This document shows, one piece after another, positions 11,935-25,160 of a DNA stretch of 64,000 nt. Below the pieces are notes generated by a model. It was not told where the DNA came from. It saw nothing but the letters and a program-made list of their open reading frames with translations, and searched no databases. The stretch is from Sminthopsis crassicaudata (lineage: Eukaryota), in the NCBI RefSeq assembly GCF_048593235.1, contig NC_133617.1:73926937-73990936 (forward strand). The letters are read 5' to 3'. Made by a program: the position numbers and the translations under genes. How positions within the stretch are numbered: the stretch's first letter is position 1; the number at the start of each line of letters is the position of its first letter.

Positions 11935-12185
11935 TAGCTTTGTTCTTTGTCCTTTGTTCTCGAAGAACATCATGACATCAGGGATGCCATGATATATGTG
12001 AGTGGGACTTAAGTCGCCTGCCTCACTTTCCCCTCCTGAGCCATCTGGGTCCAGAAGCCAGATACTGATCAGTATGATTGGAGATGGCCCTGAATGCAGT
12101 GAGGGACTTCGGACTTTTTAAAGGTAAGGTCTTCAACAGGAATCAGTCTGACTGAGGCTGCACCCATTCAAAGATGAAGGCTAGG
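11935..12185 (-). mobile_element. RTE-associated SINE
   Basis: gtcctttgttctcgaaga...gagatggccctgaatgcag; reverse of the 41475 copy. Confidence 0.65.
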
Positions 12186-12379
12186 GAGAAATTGATGCTT
12201 ACTATAATTAAATGAAACTGAGATAGAGTACACTAGAATTAGCAAGAGAAAGGCATTTCCTCCTCCTTAGTAGTACCTCGGACCTGATGGGAATAAATAT
12301 AGCTAACCTTGCTTTAGGGATCACTCTCACCAATTTGAGTAAGAGAGGGGTTGAGGATTCCCAGAGCTTTTAAAATTTC

Positions 12380-12770
12380 ACACATACAGAGCCATTGTGC
12401 TGACTTCATTGTTGTAGGCCTATGAAACTTGGAATTATACCAGCACCATCCCAGGAAATTGAATCACTTCCACGTGAATTGTCTTGGGAAGAGTCTGTAG
12501 ATCACCTGGCAGAATAAGATACCAGACACTGAGCTCCTTTCTCGAACTAAACTGCCAGGCGTTTAAACTACTGCCAAGACCACAGCTCTGTTGGGCTGGC
12601 CACATTGTCTGAATGTCAAATGTATGCTATTTATGGAAAGACTTATACAGAGCACGAACTCACAAGGTGGTCAGAAAAAGTAATATAAGAACATTCTCAA
12701 AGTCTCAAGAACTTTAGAACTGATTGAATAACATGGGAGGCACTGGCACAGGACTGCCCAGCATGAGGCA
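12380..12770 (+). mobile_element. RTE LINE ORF2 3' fragment
   Basis: Decayed ITWQNKIPDTELLSR...WAGH...GGQKK-type reading. Confidence 0.7.
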
Positions 12771-13471
12771 ATGGGAATGTACAAGAGATAATATAGAGGT
12801 AGAAAAAGCAGGACTTGACCACTGATTGAATACAGTAAGGTGTACGTGAGAGAGAGCTGAGTCGAGGATGACACCTAGATTAGGAGTTTGGGTGAATAGG
12901 AGAATGATAGTGATGTTTCTGTAATCTCAGGGATATTATCCCATGGCTCCAAGTTGTCTTGATTATTTAGTTGTCTTTAAGTATATACTTTTTGACTCCA
13001 AGATGTCTGCTTTGGGAATACTATATCTTACTTTTAGATTATTTTAGTTTATAATCTGATTTTAATCATAAGAATGCTGATTTTATTGAGTTAGTTTATG
13101 AAGGCACAAGAAGGCTAATTGTATGGAATTAGGTTATGAAGCAATGTTGGCTCCATAAAGGTGCTTAACCCTAACAACTAACTTCTCTCTAAGCCATAAA
13201 ATTAGTGAAACAGTCAGTAGATATTCCAGAATTGAACTATTAGCATATCAGTTGCTTCCATATAATTAACAGAGGTTTTTCTTGAAACTGAGATCAAGCA
13301 ATAGAAATTAGTAACCTAAAATGTATAATCTCCCCCCAAAACTTTTACCTATATAAATACACTGTTCCCTACTACTTTGCTAACTTCTCTTGGAATTTAG
13401 TTAGCCAGTCAATGACAAAATAATAAAATCTTTGCCTCTTAACTTGAAGATACTCTAGGCCTACAAATTCC

Positions 13472-13617
13472 TTTTTTTCTCCCTGAGGCAATTGGAGTTA
13501 CATGACTTGCCCAGGGTCAAACAGTCAGGAAGTGTTAAGTGTCTGAGATCAAATTTGAACTCTAGTCCTCTTGATTTCAGAGCTGATGCTCTATCCACTG
13601 CGCCACTTAGCAGCCCC
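13472..13617 (-). mobile_element. WSINE1-type SINE
   Basis: TSD tacaaattc on both sides. Confidence 0.92.
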
Positions 13618-13924
13618 TACAAATTCTTTTAGGACACCTGTGATACTGGACTAGAACTCAATATTGTGTATGGGAGGTGGAGATTCAGTTTCTAAACCTC
13701 AACAACAGTACCTTTGAAGATAATGAGTTCAGTTTTGGACATATGGAGTTTAACATGTTTATGGGACATCCAGTTTGATATTAGGACTAGACAAATAGAT
13801 CTGAGTATCATCAGCATAAAGATGGTAATTGAAACTATGGGAAATGAAATAAGTAAAATTATAAAGAGAGAAAAAAAAGAGGTCCCATGACAGAATCTTC
13901 GGGTTTGCTCCTTTAGTTGGTATT

Positions 13925-14062
13925 TACCGGGTGTGTACTTTTCTTGGCTCTGAAGGAAAGAGGGTGGTGACTTTGCACAGCCCTCTCACTTAAATCCAAT
14001 TCACTTGCAAATCATATCACCTTCTAGATGTCACGGTCTTCAGAGAAAGAACAAACAACATT
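13925..14062 (+). mobile_element. RTE-associated SINE 3' part
   Basis: ggtgactttgcacagccc...gaacaaacaac. Confidence 0.6.
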
Positions 14063-14936
14063 CCACCAAGAATGCTCTCTTCAGATCTCAAACTAAATTA
14101 CAAAGCAGCAGTCATCAACCATCTTGTACTGGTTTTAAAAAAATCCATGGACAGAACAGACTATATATAGAGTATCTGAAACAATGGAACTCAATAAGCC
14201 AAAAGAAAGATTAGGGGGGGAAACCCACCTCCGATATGTATAATAAAACTAGAAAAATTGTAGAATAGTCTGACAGAAATTAAACTTAGGCGAATACTTT
14301 GCATCATATTCTATATGGTTTCAGGCCCTCTAGGACTATCATAGTACTCCATACACTGCACCATTTTCTTCATTTATGTTGAGTCTTCTCCAAAAGCATG
14401 TAAGCTCCTTGAGGGTAAGGACTATTTTTATGTTTTTGTTTTCTTTCTAACATTTATCATAGTTTAACTCTTTAGTCTTAGAGAGCCTGAAACTCTCATT
14501 TTTTTTTTTTTTTTAAACTAATTTAAAATGGTTTTGATGACTGCGGCTTTGGAATTTAATTTGAGGACTGAAGTGCTATTCTCCTCCTTTGTCCCTATTG
14601 CTTTCTATTTCCCACGATTTTCTTTTATTTTTTCAAATGCATTTTATCAATTTTTATGAAGTAGATAAGTTCCTTTAAAAGTATAAATTAATTTTAGTGG
14701 TATTGACTTTATCATTCTTGGAGAAAACAATGAATGACTGACATGATCCAGATCAAACATTCCTCCAGTTTCTAAATATGCTCTTTATTTCTATAAGAAA
14801 CAAATTAAAAATATTAAAGCATTCTACATGTTTTGGTAGAATGCTAAGATATTTTGCTTGTTTTATAATTATCTGAAATGAGCTTTCCTTTTCTATTGCT
14901 TCTTAGATTTTATTATAGGATAGTTAGTTTTTTGAC

Positions 14937-15080
14937 TTTTTTTTTGCTGAGGCAATTAGGGTTAAGTGACTTGCCCAGGGTCAACAGCCAAGAAGTGTTA
15001 AGTATCTGAGGTCAAATTTGAACTCAGGTCCTCTGGACTTCAGGGCTGGTACTCTATCCACACTACTAACTAGCTGCCCC
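14937..15080 (-). mobile_element. WSINE1-type SINE within reverse L1 remnants
   Basis: Full length with T tail. Confidence 0.9.
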
Positions 15081-16299
15081 TTTTTAAGGATTTCTATTGA
15101 ACTAAATGATATCTTTGCTGATTGTAGAGACACTTTATAATACATACTTTTAGATACTTATATTTTTTAAAACGGTCCTTATACCTTGATGGATTTTGAA
15201 CATAAGATGGGTTTTGTACTTTGTTCTTCCTTTCATTCAGAAGTCTTAATTTTGTCTAGTTTTGGTAATCTTTGGAACTAAAGGAGAATTTGGAAGTAAT
15301 CCACCTTGCCCTCATAAGACCTCTCAGAAGCGCAGTTTGTGGCCATGAGTCTTGGGAATAGTGAAATTACCTTGTTCAGTTTAATGCACACATAGGAGGT
15401 TTATACTAAATATTTGCTGTTGTTGTAAACAAATTTACATTAAGTATTTCTAGGTGAAATTAAGAGCAATGAATGTGGAAAACAAAATGGAGTCTATTTG
15501 AAAAACAAATTTTTAATGAATGAGAACAATTTTAGCACAAAAATCCACATCAATCTCATAATTAACCAATAAGTGCCAAGCTCTTCATCTACATAGAACA
15601 AATAACAAGGATATAAAATACATAGCTGCACAAGCATCAGTATCTACCTGGAATGTAAATTAAACTACATCCAGTTAGAAGGCAGGAAGTAGGAGCACAG
15701 TAATCTTTTAAAAATAAGGAAAACAGGAAAGACCATCTACTGAACTGTTTAAGGTCATGAGAATCTATATTCCCATCAAGATTATGTTATATCTTTCTTT
15801 TTTTTTTCCTCAGGGGGAGAAAGGAAAAGAGGGAATCTTTTTTTTTTTAAAGTTTTCCTTTCTGTCTTGATATCGTTTGATGGCTGAAAGAACAAACTAT
15901 GGAAGGAAATCAAAAGTGGCAGCTAAGATAAACTGTTTGGGTTATAATGTCAAATGAGAGCAATAGAAACGGAAAGCCAAGAAAGGATACTGCAACAAAG
16001 AAAAATAATTATGACATCTTTGTCATTACCAGCAAGGGCTTCAAAACAAACTATTTCAAACAAGTGAGCCACATCTCTTAAAACAAAAAAAGTACTTTTA
16101 TCACAATTAGAGCTTTTAAGCATACAAAAAGTTACTTTCATTAGAATACTAACTTAAAAATTAGGGATCTAGTATATTTTTAAAGCTGAATTTAGGGGTA
16201 AAGGAAGAATAGGACTAAAAATGAAAATAAGGAGAGAAGGAAAAGAGGTGCCAAATTGTATATCTAAGAATCTAGTTGTTTTAAAAAGTTCTTCTAGCA

Positions 16300-17285
16300 C
16301 ATTATCAATAATCTTAAGGGAAAATGTTATTAGATTGACAATGATGAAAAAGAAAGATGCCAAATGTTGGGGAGTATGTGTGGTTGGAAAGGCACACTAA
16401 TGAACCATTGGTGGGTTGGTAAGTCATTCAAGCCATTCTGAAAAGTAATTTGGAAATACAGTAAAAAAGGTCACTTAACTGTGGACTTTAAATCACTACT
16501 AGGCTTACACCCAATTGTAGAACAAAGAAACAGGAAAAGGATTTATATGAACCAAAAAATTCTCTAGGAGCTTTTTATATTAACAAAGTACCAGAAACTA
16601 AGGGATGCCAATCAATTGGGAGACGGCTGAACAAATTATGATATATGACTATAATGATTGTAATACAACTGTGCCATGAAAGTGTCAGAAAAACCTGAGA
16701 GGGCTTTTGTGAGCTAATGAACTAACGAAGTGAACAGAATCAGAAGAACCATTAATACACTAACTACAACATCATAAAGAAAAACAATTGTGAAAGACTT
16801 AAGAATTGTAACTAATAGAATGACTAATAATTACTATAAGAGTGATAATGAATTATACTATCTACCTCTTGGTAGAAAGGCAATGGATTAGAGGCACAGA
16901 ATAAGACATGCATGGCGAATGTATGGATTTATGTTGTCTGACTACAGCTATCTGTTTTAAGGAAGGGTATATTTTTACTTTTTTTTGAAGGGAGAGTATT
17001 ATTATGGAAGCAGGGGAGAGTGAGATACCAAAAATTAGGAAGAGTTAATGAAACATTTAAAAATTACATATAAGAAAATAGAAGTTCAGAAGGGGACATA
17101 GACAGGATAGTTAGAAATAACATATAAAATTTAATATGTACTTTTAAAAAAACCAGCTGTCTGCATCAGAGATTCATAGTATCATGTACAATCTTCTTTT
17201 TCTTTTCTTTCTTTTTTTTTTTTTTTAACAAGGAAATGTCCATATGTGTTGCTGCTTTGTCAGATCCATAATAACAAAAAAATAC
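16300..17285 (+). mobile_element. L1 3' end (old)
   Basis: aaatgttgg...cacactaatg; tcagaaaaacctg...gaagtgaacagaatcag. Confidence 0.75.
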
Positions 17286-17639
17286 TTTTATAAAGGGCTC
17301 TTTAAATGCCTGCCAAATTAAAATGCAATTATTTCCTTAAAGTTACTTAATTTAACTGTGTTAATGAAGGCATACATTTCTGATATAAGATAGTTGGAAG
17401 TTAACACATTTATTAAATACCTACTATGTGCAATACACTGCCCTAGGTGCAGAAATAAGTAGCAGCTTGAGCAGAGTAGTATTTTTTGAAGGTCAGGTAA
17501 ACTATTCACCTTGTTTTTAAGTTCAGGTGACTGCTACTATATTGCCACTAGTAGAGGCATAAATCAATGACAATAACAGTGTTTTCAGAGGCAAGAATAC
17601 CACCTTTAAAAATAATTTGACAAACTAAAATTATGACTT

Positions 17640-17805
17640 GAAAAAGTTGCCACAAGTGATACTTCTCCCCTGTGATACTGAATAAAGCTAGAGTGTTGGA
17701 CAAAGACTGTACCACAATCATTAATCCCTGCATTTTGTTTCCAGCATGAATTCTCTGATCTTGAATACTAGATGCCTTTGTACTAGCTTTGCTCCACATT
17801 TATTA
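17640..17805 (-). pseudogene. Degenerate zinc-finger remnants in the gene A 3'UTR
   Basis: tgtaataaatgtgga and ...QDQRIHAGNK, disrupted by frameshifts. Confidence 0.65.
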
Positions 17806-17808
17806 CAT

Positions 17809-19064
17809 TCATGAGATATGAATTTTCTGATGTCTAATGAGGTATGAGCTTAGAATGAAAGTCTTTCCACATTCTTTACATTCATAAGGTTTCTCTCCTG
17901 TGTGAATTCTTTGATGTTGAATAAGGTTTGAATATGCCCTGAAGATTTTCCCACATTCATAACACTCATAAGGTTTTTCTCCTGTATGAATTCTTAAATG
18001 TTTAATGAGGCCTGAACTCAGACTGAAGGCTTTTCCACATTTGTTACACTCATAAGGTTTCTCCCCAGTATGAATTCTCTGGTGATAAATAAGAGATGTG
18101 CGATCACTGAAGGCTTTCCCACATTCATTACACTCAAAAGATTTGTCTCCACTGTGAACTCTCTGATGATTAATAAGGTAAGAATTTAGAATGAAAGTTT
18201 TCCCACATTCCTTACATGAATAGGGTTTCTCTCCAGTGTGAATTTTCTGATGTTGAATTAGGTTTGAGGAGACATTGAAAGCTTTCCCACATTCACTACA
18301 CTCATATGGTTTTTCTCCAGTGTGAATTCTCTGATGGCGAATTAGACTTGAACCCTGGCTGAAGGCTTTACCACAATCATTACACTCATATGGTTTTTCT
18401 CCAGTATGAACCCTCTGATGCTGAATAAGATTTGAAGATGCAATGAATGTTTTCCCACATTCATTACATTCATAGGGTTTTTCTCCTGTGTGAATTCTCT
18501 GGTGTCTAATGAGGCTTGAACTCTGTTTGAAGGCTTTCCCACATTCATTACATTTATAGACTTTTTCTGTGCGCTTTCTCTGACGTTTAACATAAGTTGA
18601 ACTCTGCCTTAAGGACTTTCTGTATATTTTAGGTTTATAGGATTTCCCTTCTGAATGATTTTTCTGATGTATGATTGGGTCTGAATTCTGTTTAGATTTT
18701 TGGCCCATATTATCACACTGCTGAGATTTTTCTCCTGAAGAAATTCTAACAGGGTTAGAATTCAGATTGAGGTTTCTTCCAAATTCATTATATTTCTGGT
18801 CTTTATCTTCTTCAGAAGGATTTTGATCTATCACTGTCATTGATCTCAAATGTCTCGTCTGAGAAAGGAATTTACCTGCAGAAGACTGTAAATCATCCTT
18901 TGACCTGTCATCAGATTCATAGGCTTCTCTATATATGGGTCCATGGGGAACTTCCCCCATGAATCTTTCAAGTATCATATTCTGAGATTCCACTTCTTCA
19001 GAAATTTCCTGCTTTATCAACAGCTCCTTATTCTCAGTCCCAGTCTCAATCTGGGATAAGGAAT
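17809..19064 (-). CDS. Gene A last coding exon: spacer + 9 tandem C2H2 fingers
   Basis: Acceptor ttccttatttcAG|AT at 19064. Phase 1 continues the [17 protein letters not shown]... into 9 CxxC...HxxxH fingers with TGEKPY linkers; stop at 17809-17811. The spacer resembles the human ZNF251/ZNF7 group from memory, not from a search. Confidence 0.95.
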
Positions 19065-19854
19065 CTGAAATAAGGAATAAAAAACCCACAATGTTTCTTG
19101 TTCTCTATTTCTAGGCAAAGGAATAAAGGAGATGGAAAAAGAATAATCTCCAGGATACATATTTCCCATGAGTGTCACTGGCATTAATAAACAAAGTTAA
19201 TCAATTGATTGATTAATTAATAATAATCAGAGATTATTAGGGAAAGTATAGTTCCATTGGAGTAGGTAAGAAGAATGACCAGAGGTAAGACTGATCAAAG
19301 TTGAGAACTAATAATAAGCAGGAATATTAAAAACAATAAATATGGAAGGGAGAATAATAAGATGAGTAGGCTCTTAGATATCAATTTGTTCAACCCCACC
19401 TTATTTGTTGAAAAGGCAATTGAGGCCAACAGATATTAAAAGGCATATGTCCAAGTTTACAGATAAAGGCCATATGTGGAAGGCTTGTATTAAAATATGG
19501 GCACATTTTAAGAGGGACACTAGCAAACATGACAGTTATCTTGCTGTACAAGAAAAATCATATCAAGAAAGAAGAAAAAAAAAACTGAGAAGAAAAACAA
19601 AATGCCCAGAGAGAAGACCATGGGAGCTGAGTGGGGAACACAACTTAACATTTTCACTCTTTGTTGTTTGCTTGCATTTTCTTTTTAAAGAGAATCTTTT
19701 AAAATGAAATTCATTAAGTTAGGTATTTGGTCTCTGAAGTGTTCTTTTCAAATCAAGAAATCTAATTCTATATTATGCTAGATTAATACTATTTTTTTTT
19801 TTTAATAATTACTAGATTAGCAAATCAGTAGGTAAGGTTTTTAAATACATGTAG

Positions 19855-20352
19855 TCTAATGATCAGAAATGATCAGCAGGATGATTTCAGAGAGACTTGG
19901 AGAGACTTATATGAACTGATGCTGAGTGAAATGAGCAGAATCAGGAGATCATTATACACAGCAACAAGACTATATGAAGATTAATTTTGATGAATGTGGC
20001 TTTCTTCAACAATGAGACGATTCAAACCATTTCCACTTGTTCAGTGATGAAGAGAGCCATTTACACCCAGAGAGAGAACCGTGGGAATAGTGTGGAACAC
20101 AACATAGCATTCTCACTCTCTCTGTTATTTGCTTGCATTTTGTTTTCTTTCTCAGTTTTTCTTTTTCTTTCTTCTTGATCTGATTTTTCTTGTGTAGCAA
20201 GATAACTATATAAATATGTTTACACATATTGGATTTAACATGTAGAAGGAGGGGAAAATTTGAAACAAAAGGTTTCACAGAGTCAATGTTGGAAAAATTA
20301 CCCATGCATACTTTTTGGAAATAAAAAGCTTTAATAAAAAATTAAAAAAAAA
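19855..20352 (+). mobile_element. L1 3' end (younger marsupial type), antisense to gene A
   Basis: gacttatatgaactgatgctgagtgaaatgagcagaa...aataaaaagctttaataaaaa + A tail. Confidence 0.88.
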
Positions 20353-20368
20353 TTTTTTTTTCACTTAC

Positions 20369-20482
20369 CTGAGCAGTCTCCTCTCATGATCTCTGTCTCT
20401 TTAGCTTCTTGCATGTCCAAGACCCATGCCTCTTCCTCTTGCTCCAAACAGGAGGTTACAGCAGGTTCACACGCTGGAAACC
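20369..20482 (-). CDS. Gene A KRAB-B exon (GFPACEPAVTSCLEQEEEAWVLDMQEAKETEIMRGDCS)
   Basis: 114 nt; acceptor cctcacaaacAG, donor CAG|GTAAGT; phase 1/1; open frame. Confidence 0.93.
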
Positions 20483-20832
20483 CTGTTTGTGAGGAAGGAA
20501 ACAGGGCCTGGTGGTTTGTCCCAAGCTCAGCCTCAGCCCCTGCAAGGGACAGAAGGGATGAGAAAGGTACTATCCAAGGAGTCTATAACAGGCTGGACCT
20601 GCCTAAGCAAATGTCCAGAATAGACCTTTGGGTCCTGGGCCCAGAGTGCCTAAAGAAAATTTAGAAGAAGAGGTGCAAGGGAGAATTAAGGAAGACACCC
20701 ATTCTCTACCTAACATAACCAGTCTTAGGGTTGGGAGAAGACAAATCTCCTGTCTGAATTCAGATATAATTAGGAATTTTTGATGCCAGAAACTAAACCA
20801 GAATAAAATGAGGCTTCTCTAGTCTAGGTTTA

Positions 20833-21138
<306 letters not shown>

Positions 21139-21559
21139 TCATAAACATTCATATATACATTCAGTATGTGTGTATTTATCACATGTGTGTATATATAAGA
21201 AGTGCAGAATATAATATACTATGGTAAAAATGTTTGCATGTGCATTGAAGCTAGGGGTATATGAATCTCAAACATGGTTGGAAGATAGGCCCAGGGAAAT
21301 CAAAGGAGTAGATACGGACTTAAAAAAGTGCAAAGAAAAATGTACTAAATTCTGATGACAAATGATTTCATCGTGAAAGACAAGAGTCTAAAGAATCATA
21401 TATAGATAACCAGGGAATATACTGATCAAATCTAATTTTTTTGAAAAGATGTATCTAAAAGTTGGAAGCAAAGGCAGTTAACAGTATGTCTACAAAAAGG
21501 AGGCTTGGTCTCATAAGAACAGAGTGAGGGATACTAGAATTTAGAATGAGCTGAGGGTA

Positions 21560-21930
21560 GGGATAGATACTAAAAACAATAAAAAATGTTTTTTAAAGCT
21601 ACATTCGCTCCACAGGAATATCAAAGATGAGACATGAGTGGTGTTTAGGATGGGATGGTGATAATAATGGACAAATTCAAGAAGACAGAATTATTTCTCT
21701 CTGGTTTTGCCTCTTTTTTCCCTACTAAGGAAAATGACTAGAAAGGATAGTACAAAAATGATTAATAAAGAGTTGAAACCCATATGACAGATCAGTGATG
21801 AGAAATTAAGGGAGTTCCTACCTACCTTGGGCAAGTTCAAGGCATCTGTTCCAAATGAGAGTAATCAAAGAACCTGTGTCAATGATGGGTGAACTGTGCT
21901 CATAATCTTTGAGCAACCATGAAGAACTCA
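21560..21930 (+). mobile_element. L3/CR1 fragment
   Basis: gcaagttcaag...aaagaac...atctttgagc pattern. Confidence 0.5.
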
Positions 21931-22039
21931 CATTTATGAAACACTTTAAATTGAGACCTTAGAGAGATCGTCACTTTGCCCATAGTCATACAGCCAATAA
22001 TAATCAGAACTGAGATTAAAATCTAGATTTTCCTAATTC

Positions 22040-23720
22040 TAATATTTTTAAATTAATTTTTTTTAAATCAGTAAAAATCCACCTTTCCAAACTCCTGAAA
22101 TGAGAATCAAAACCAAATCAAAACCCTGGGATAAAAACATGCATAGTCAAGCAAAACAAATTTTTGCACTGGCCATGTCTTAAAAAACCCCCATAGTATG
22201 TATTTCTCTCTCTCTCTATCCCATTCTGCATTGAGTCCTTCATCTTTCTATCAGAAAGTGGGTAGTATGTTTCATTCTAAGTCCTGTGGAATTGTCCTTG
22301 GTCATTACACTGATAATCAGAGTTCCTAATTTATTTCAAAGTGGTTCTCCTTTACCATACTGATATTTTATAAATTGTTCTCTTGGCCCTGTTCACTTCA
22401 CTCTGCATCAATACATTAAAAGTCACCTCAAGTTTCTGTGAAAACATTTCCTTCATTACTTCTTATGGTACAATTGATGGCACTTCTGTCAAATTTCCAT
22501 TCTTTGCCATTTCAAAAAGAGCTATATGTTTTTGTATATCCTTAATTTATTTTGGTTAAACTAATCCCTCCAATTTTTCCTTCTTTCCTTTACCTATTTT
22601 CTTGTTGAGTGGCATATGAAATATATTTCTGTTTAACTGTGTTTTCTTCCTTCCTATGACTATTTTGGGTTACTAATGTTCAAGGGTTAGCTACTCCCCA
22701 TTATGGCTTCTTCCTTGTTTATAGAGACTCCTTGTGCATTTCAATTATATAATTTTTCCTAACCTTTCTCTCAATTCCTCTCCCCCATGCATTTGTTTCA
22801 CCCTTTCTTGAAAATATCAAAATTAACATTATCTCTAGTTTTTTCTACATGGATTCTATAATGTAATTGAGTTTATACTGTATTGATTTTATAACTGATC
22901 TATATATGCTTAAAGCCTTATCCTTGCTATATTCTTGAGTTAAGTTCAAGAATTTAGTTTTCCCTTCAGTTAGTTTAAAGGTATAATTAAGAGAAGTGAT
23001 TATTTTTTATACTGGTAGCTCCTGGGCAATTTCCAAGCATCATAAGTTGCCATCGCTAAAACATATCCTCTGTCCTTGATAGTCCTTGTGAAATTTATCT
23101 CTTCTGAGGAGATAACAAATCTGGTAGTTTTGATCTAGCAAAGATACAAGATTGGTCCTCCCATAAAACAACGAACATTTCTTAACTGTCAGAGAGGGAT
23201 ATGATTAGCCTCACCTGAATGCCAGTCTGTTTTTCTTAGTGTTCCATCATTATCAAGACCTCCCTCTTCTCATCAGAGTCACTGGTTTTGTTGAGGTGGC
23301 CAGTCTCATCCACTTCATTAATAGTTATATGTGCCATTGTTAATAAACTGATTTTGTATACAGTATGTACCTCAGCTCACCTTTATTAAATTTATTGAAA
23401 ATGTTCTTTTAAGATCATTGATTCATGACAGAACCATTTGTAGACTGTCTGTCAAATAAGTTATTCTATGTTATGATAGATGTAAAGATTGAGAAAGGAC
23501 ACGTGTATCACCTCCTAAATGCAAGCAATTTACCCTTGTTTAGTTCTTTATCATCTTGGTTTGTGTTTACCATTTTTTGTTACTCTTAACTTTTGTGCTT
23601 AAATTTCAAAGTTTCTGTGTAGTACTGGTCTTTTAATCAGAAATGCTCAGGAAAATCTTTTTTATTTCATTAATAACCCATTCTCTCCCTGTGGAATTAT
23701 ACTCAGTTTTACTGAGACAA
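22040..23720 (-). mobile_element. Decayed L1-like sequence
   Basis: ttcacttcactctgcatca is the reverse of the L1 3' ORF2 end; further L1-like text upstream. Confidence 0.6.
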
Positions 23721-23734
23721 CTAATAGTATAGAG

Positions 23735-23970
23735 GATAGAGTGAACTATGGGCTTGGAATCAGGAAGACCTACATTCAAAACTTAGACATTTACTAACTC
23801 TGGGATACTGGACAAGTAATTTAACCGTTTGCCCCAAATTTCCTTAATGTAAAATGGGGAGAACTATCTTTCTTGGGTGTCATTGTGAGAATCAAAAAAG
23901 AGATTTGTTTAAAACAACAACAACAAACCATGGTATTTAGTACAGTGTCTGGCACATAGTAGGCACTATA
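23735..23970 (+). mobile_element. MIR-type SINE with L2-like tail
   Basis: ggaatcaggaagacc...gtaaaatgggg...tctggcacatagtagg. Confidence 0.65.
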
Positions 23971-25015
23971 TAAAGGCTTACAAAGAACCCCCCTTCCCCA
24001 ACCTCCAAGTTATTCTCAGATATATACCTATACCCTTTGTCTTCTTTATTATTATATTATATTTCTTTATATTATATATATTATATTATATTTCTTTATA
24101 TTTGGTGGATGTTAAATTCCCCAGGGTCACACTGCTAAAATTTTAGTTGCTTGAAGTTCCCTTGCTCTCCCCTCCCCCCCTTGATCTGAAAGCTCTGAAT
24201 TTTGGCTATGATGTTCCAGGGAGTTTTCATTTTTGGGTTCCCCCTCCCCACCCCTACCCCAGATAGTGACCAGTGGATTCTATCTATTTCTAAAGGCTCT
24301 GCATGCTTCTGTGTGTTGGTCTGGGCTGGAACTCTGGCTGCTTTCTTGGGAATGTTTGGTTATTCCCAAATAAGTATATCTTAGGCTGGGATCTACATGC
24401 TTTCAGTGCTCATGGAGTGATCTAGGGTAAGGTCTGATATTGAAAGTTCCTGACTTAGGTTTGGATTTGCGCAACAACAGACTGCTGCTGGACTCATTTG
24501 CTATCTATCTACTGAGTGAAAAATTCTGCTAGTTCAGAGTGGCAAAAATACAGGCTTCCATCTGGTCTGGGATTTGTGTCCTGGTTATTCTTTTGAAAGC
24601 TTCAAATGGAGCTACAAACTGAGAATGAGTCCACACTCTGTCTCTGAGATCAGAGCCACCTTCTTGTTGCTTCTAAATTCCTTCTTGCTTGGTATAATAA
24701 ATAGGATCTGCAATCACTCCTCATCATGAGTTCAGGTCCCTTCCTTAATCCAAACTATTCTGTGACCTGGAACTGGGTAGTGGATGACAAACTGCTAGGG
24801 TTTACCTGTTCTTATATCCCATAAAATGTTATATTCAAGTGTGGATCTGGGACCCAGATGAGGTGCGGGAATGTTTCACAGCACACTCATAGTCAAATCC
24901 AATCCCTTATGCCTATAGATCTCTGTCTTCTTATGCTGATCTGGGATGGACAAATGCCTCTATTTCCCCCCTAACCTCCCAGCATGCCTTGGATTTCCCA
25001 ATTAAAAATCAGTTA

Positions 25016-25160
25016 GGGAGCAGCTAGATGTTATAGTGAATAGAGCATCGGCCCTGAAGTCAGGAGGACCTGAGTTCAAATCTGGTCTCAGATACATTTA
25101 ACACTAATAAGCTGTGTGACCCTGGGCAAGTCACTTAATCCCAACTGCCTAGCCCCGCCT
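25016..25160 (+). mobile_element. WSINE1/SINE1-type SINE (older)
   Basis: gcagctagatg...aggacctgagttcaaat...gggcaagtcacttaatccc. Confidence 0.85.
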
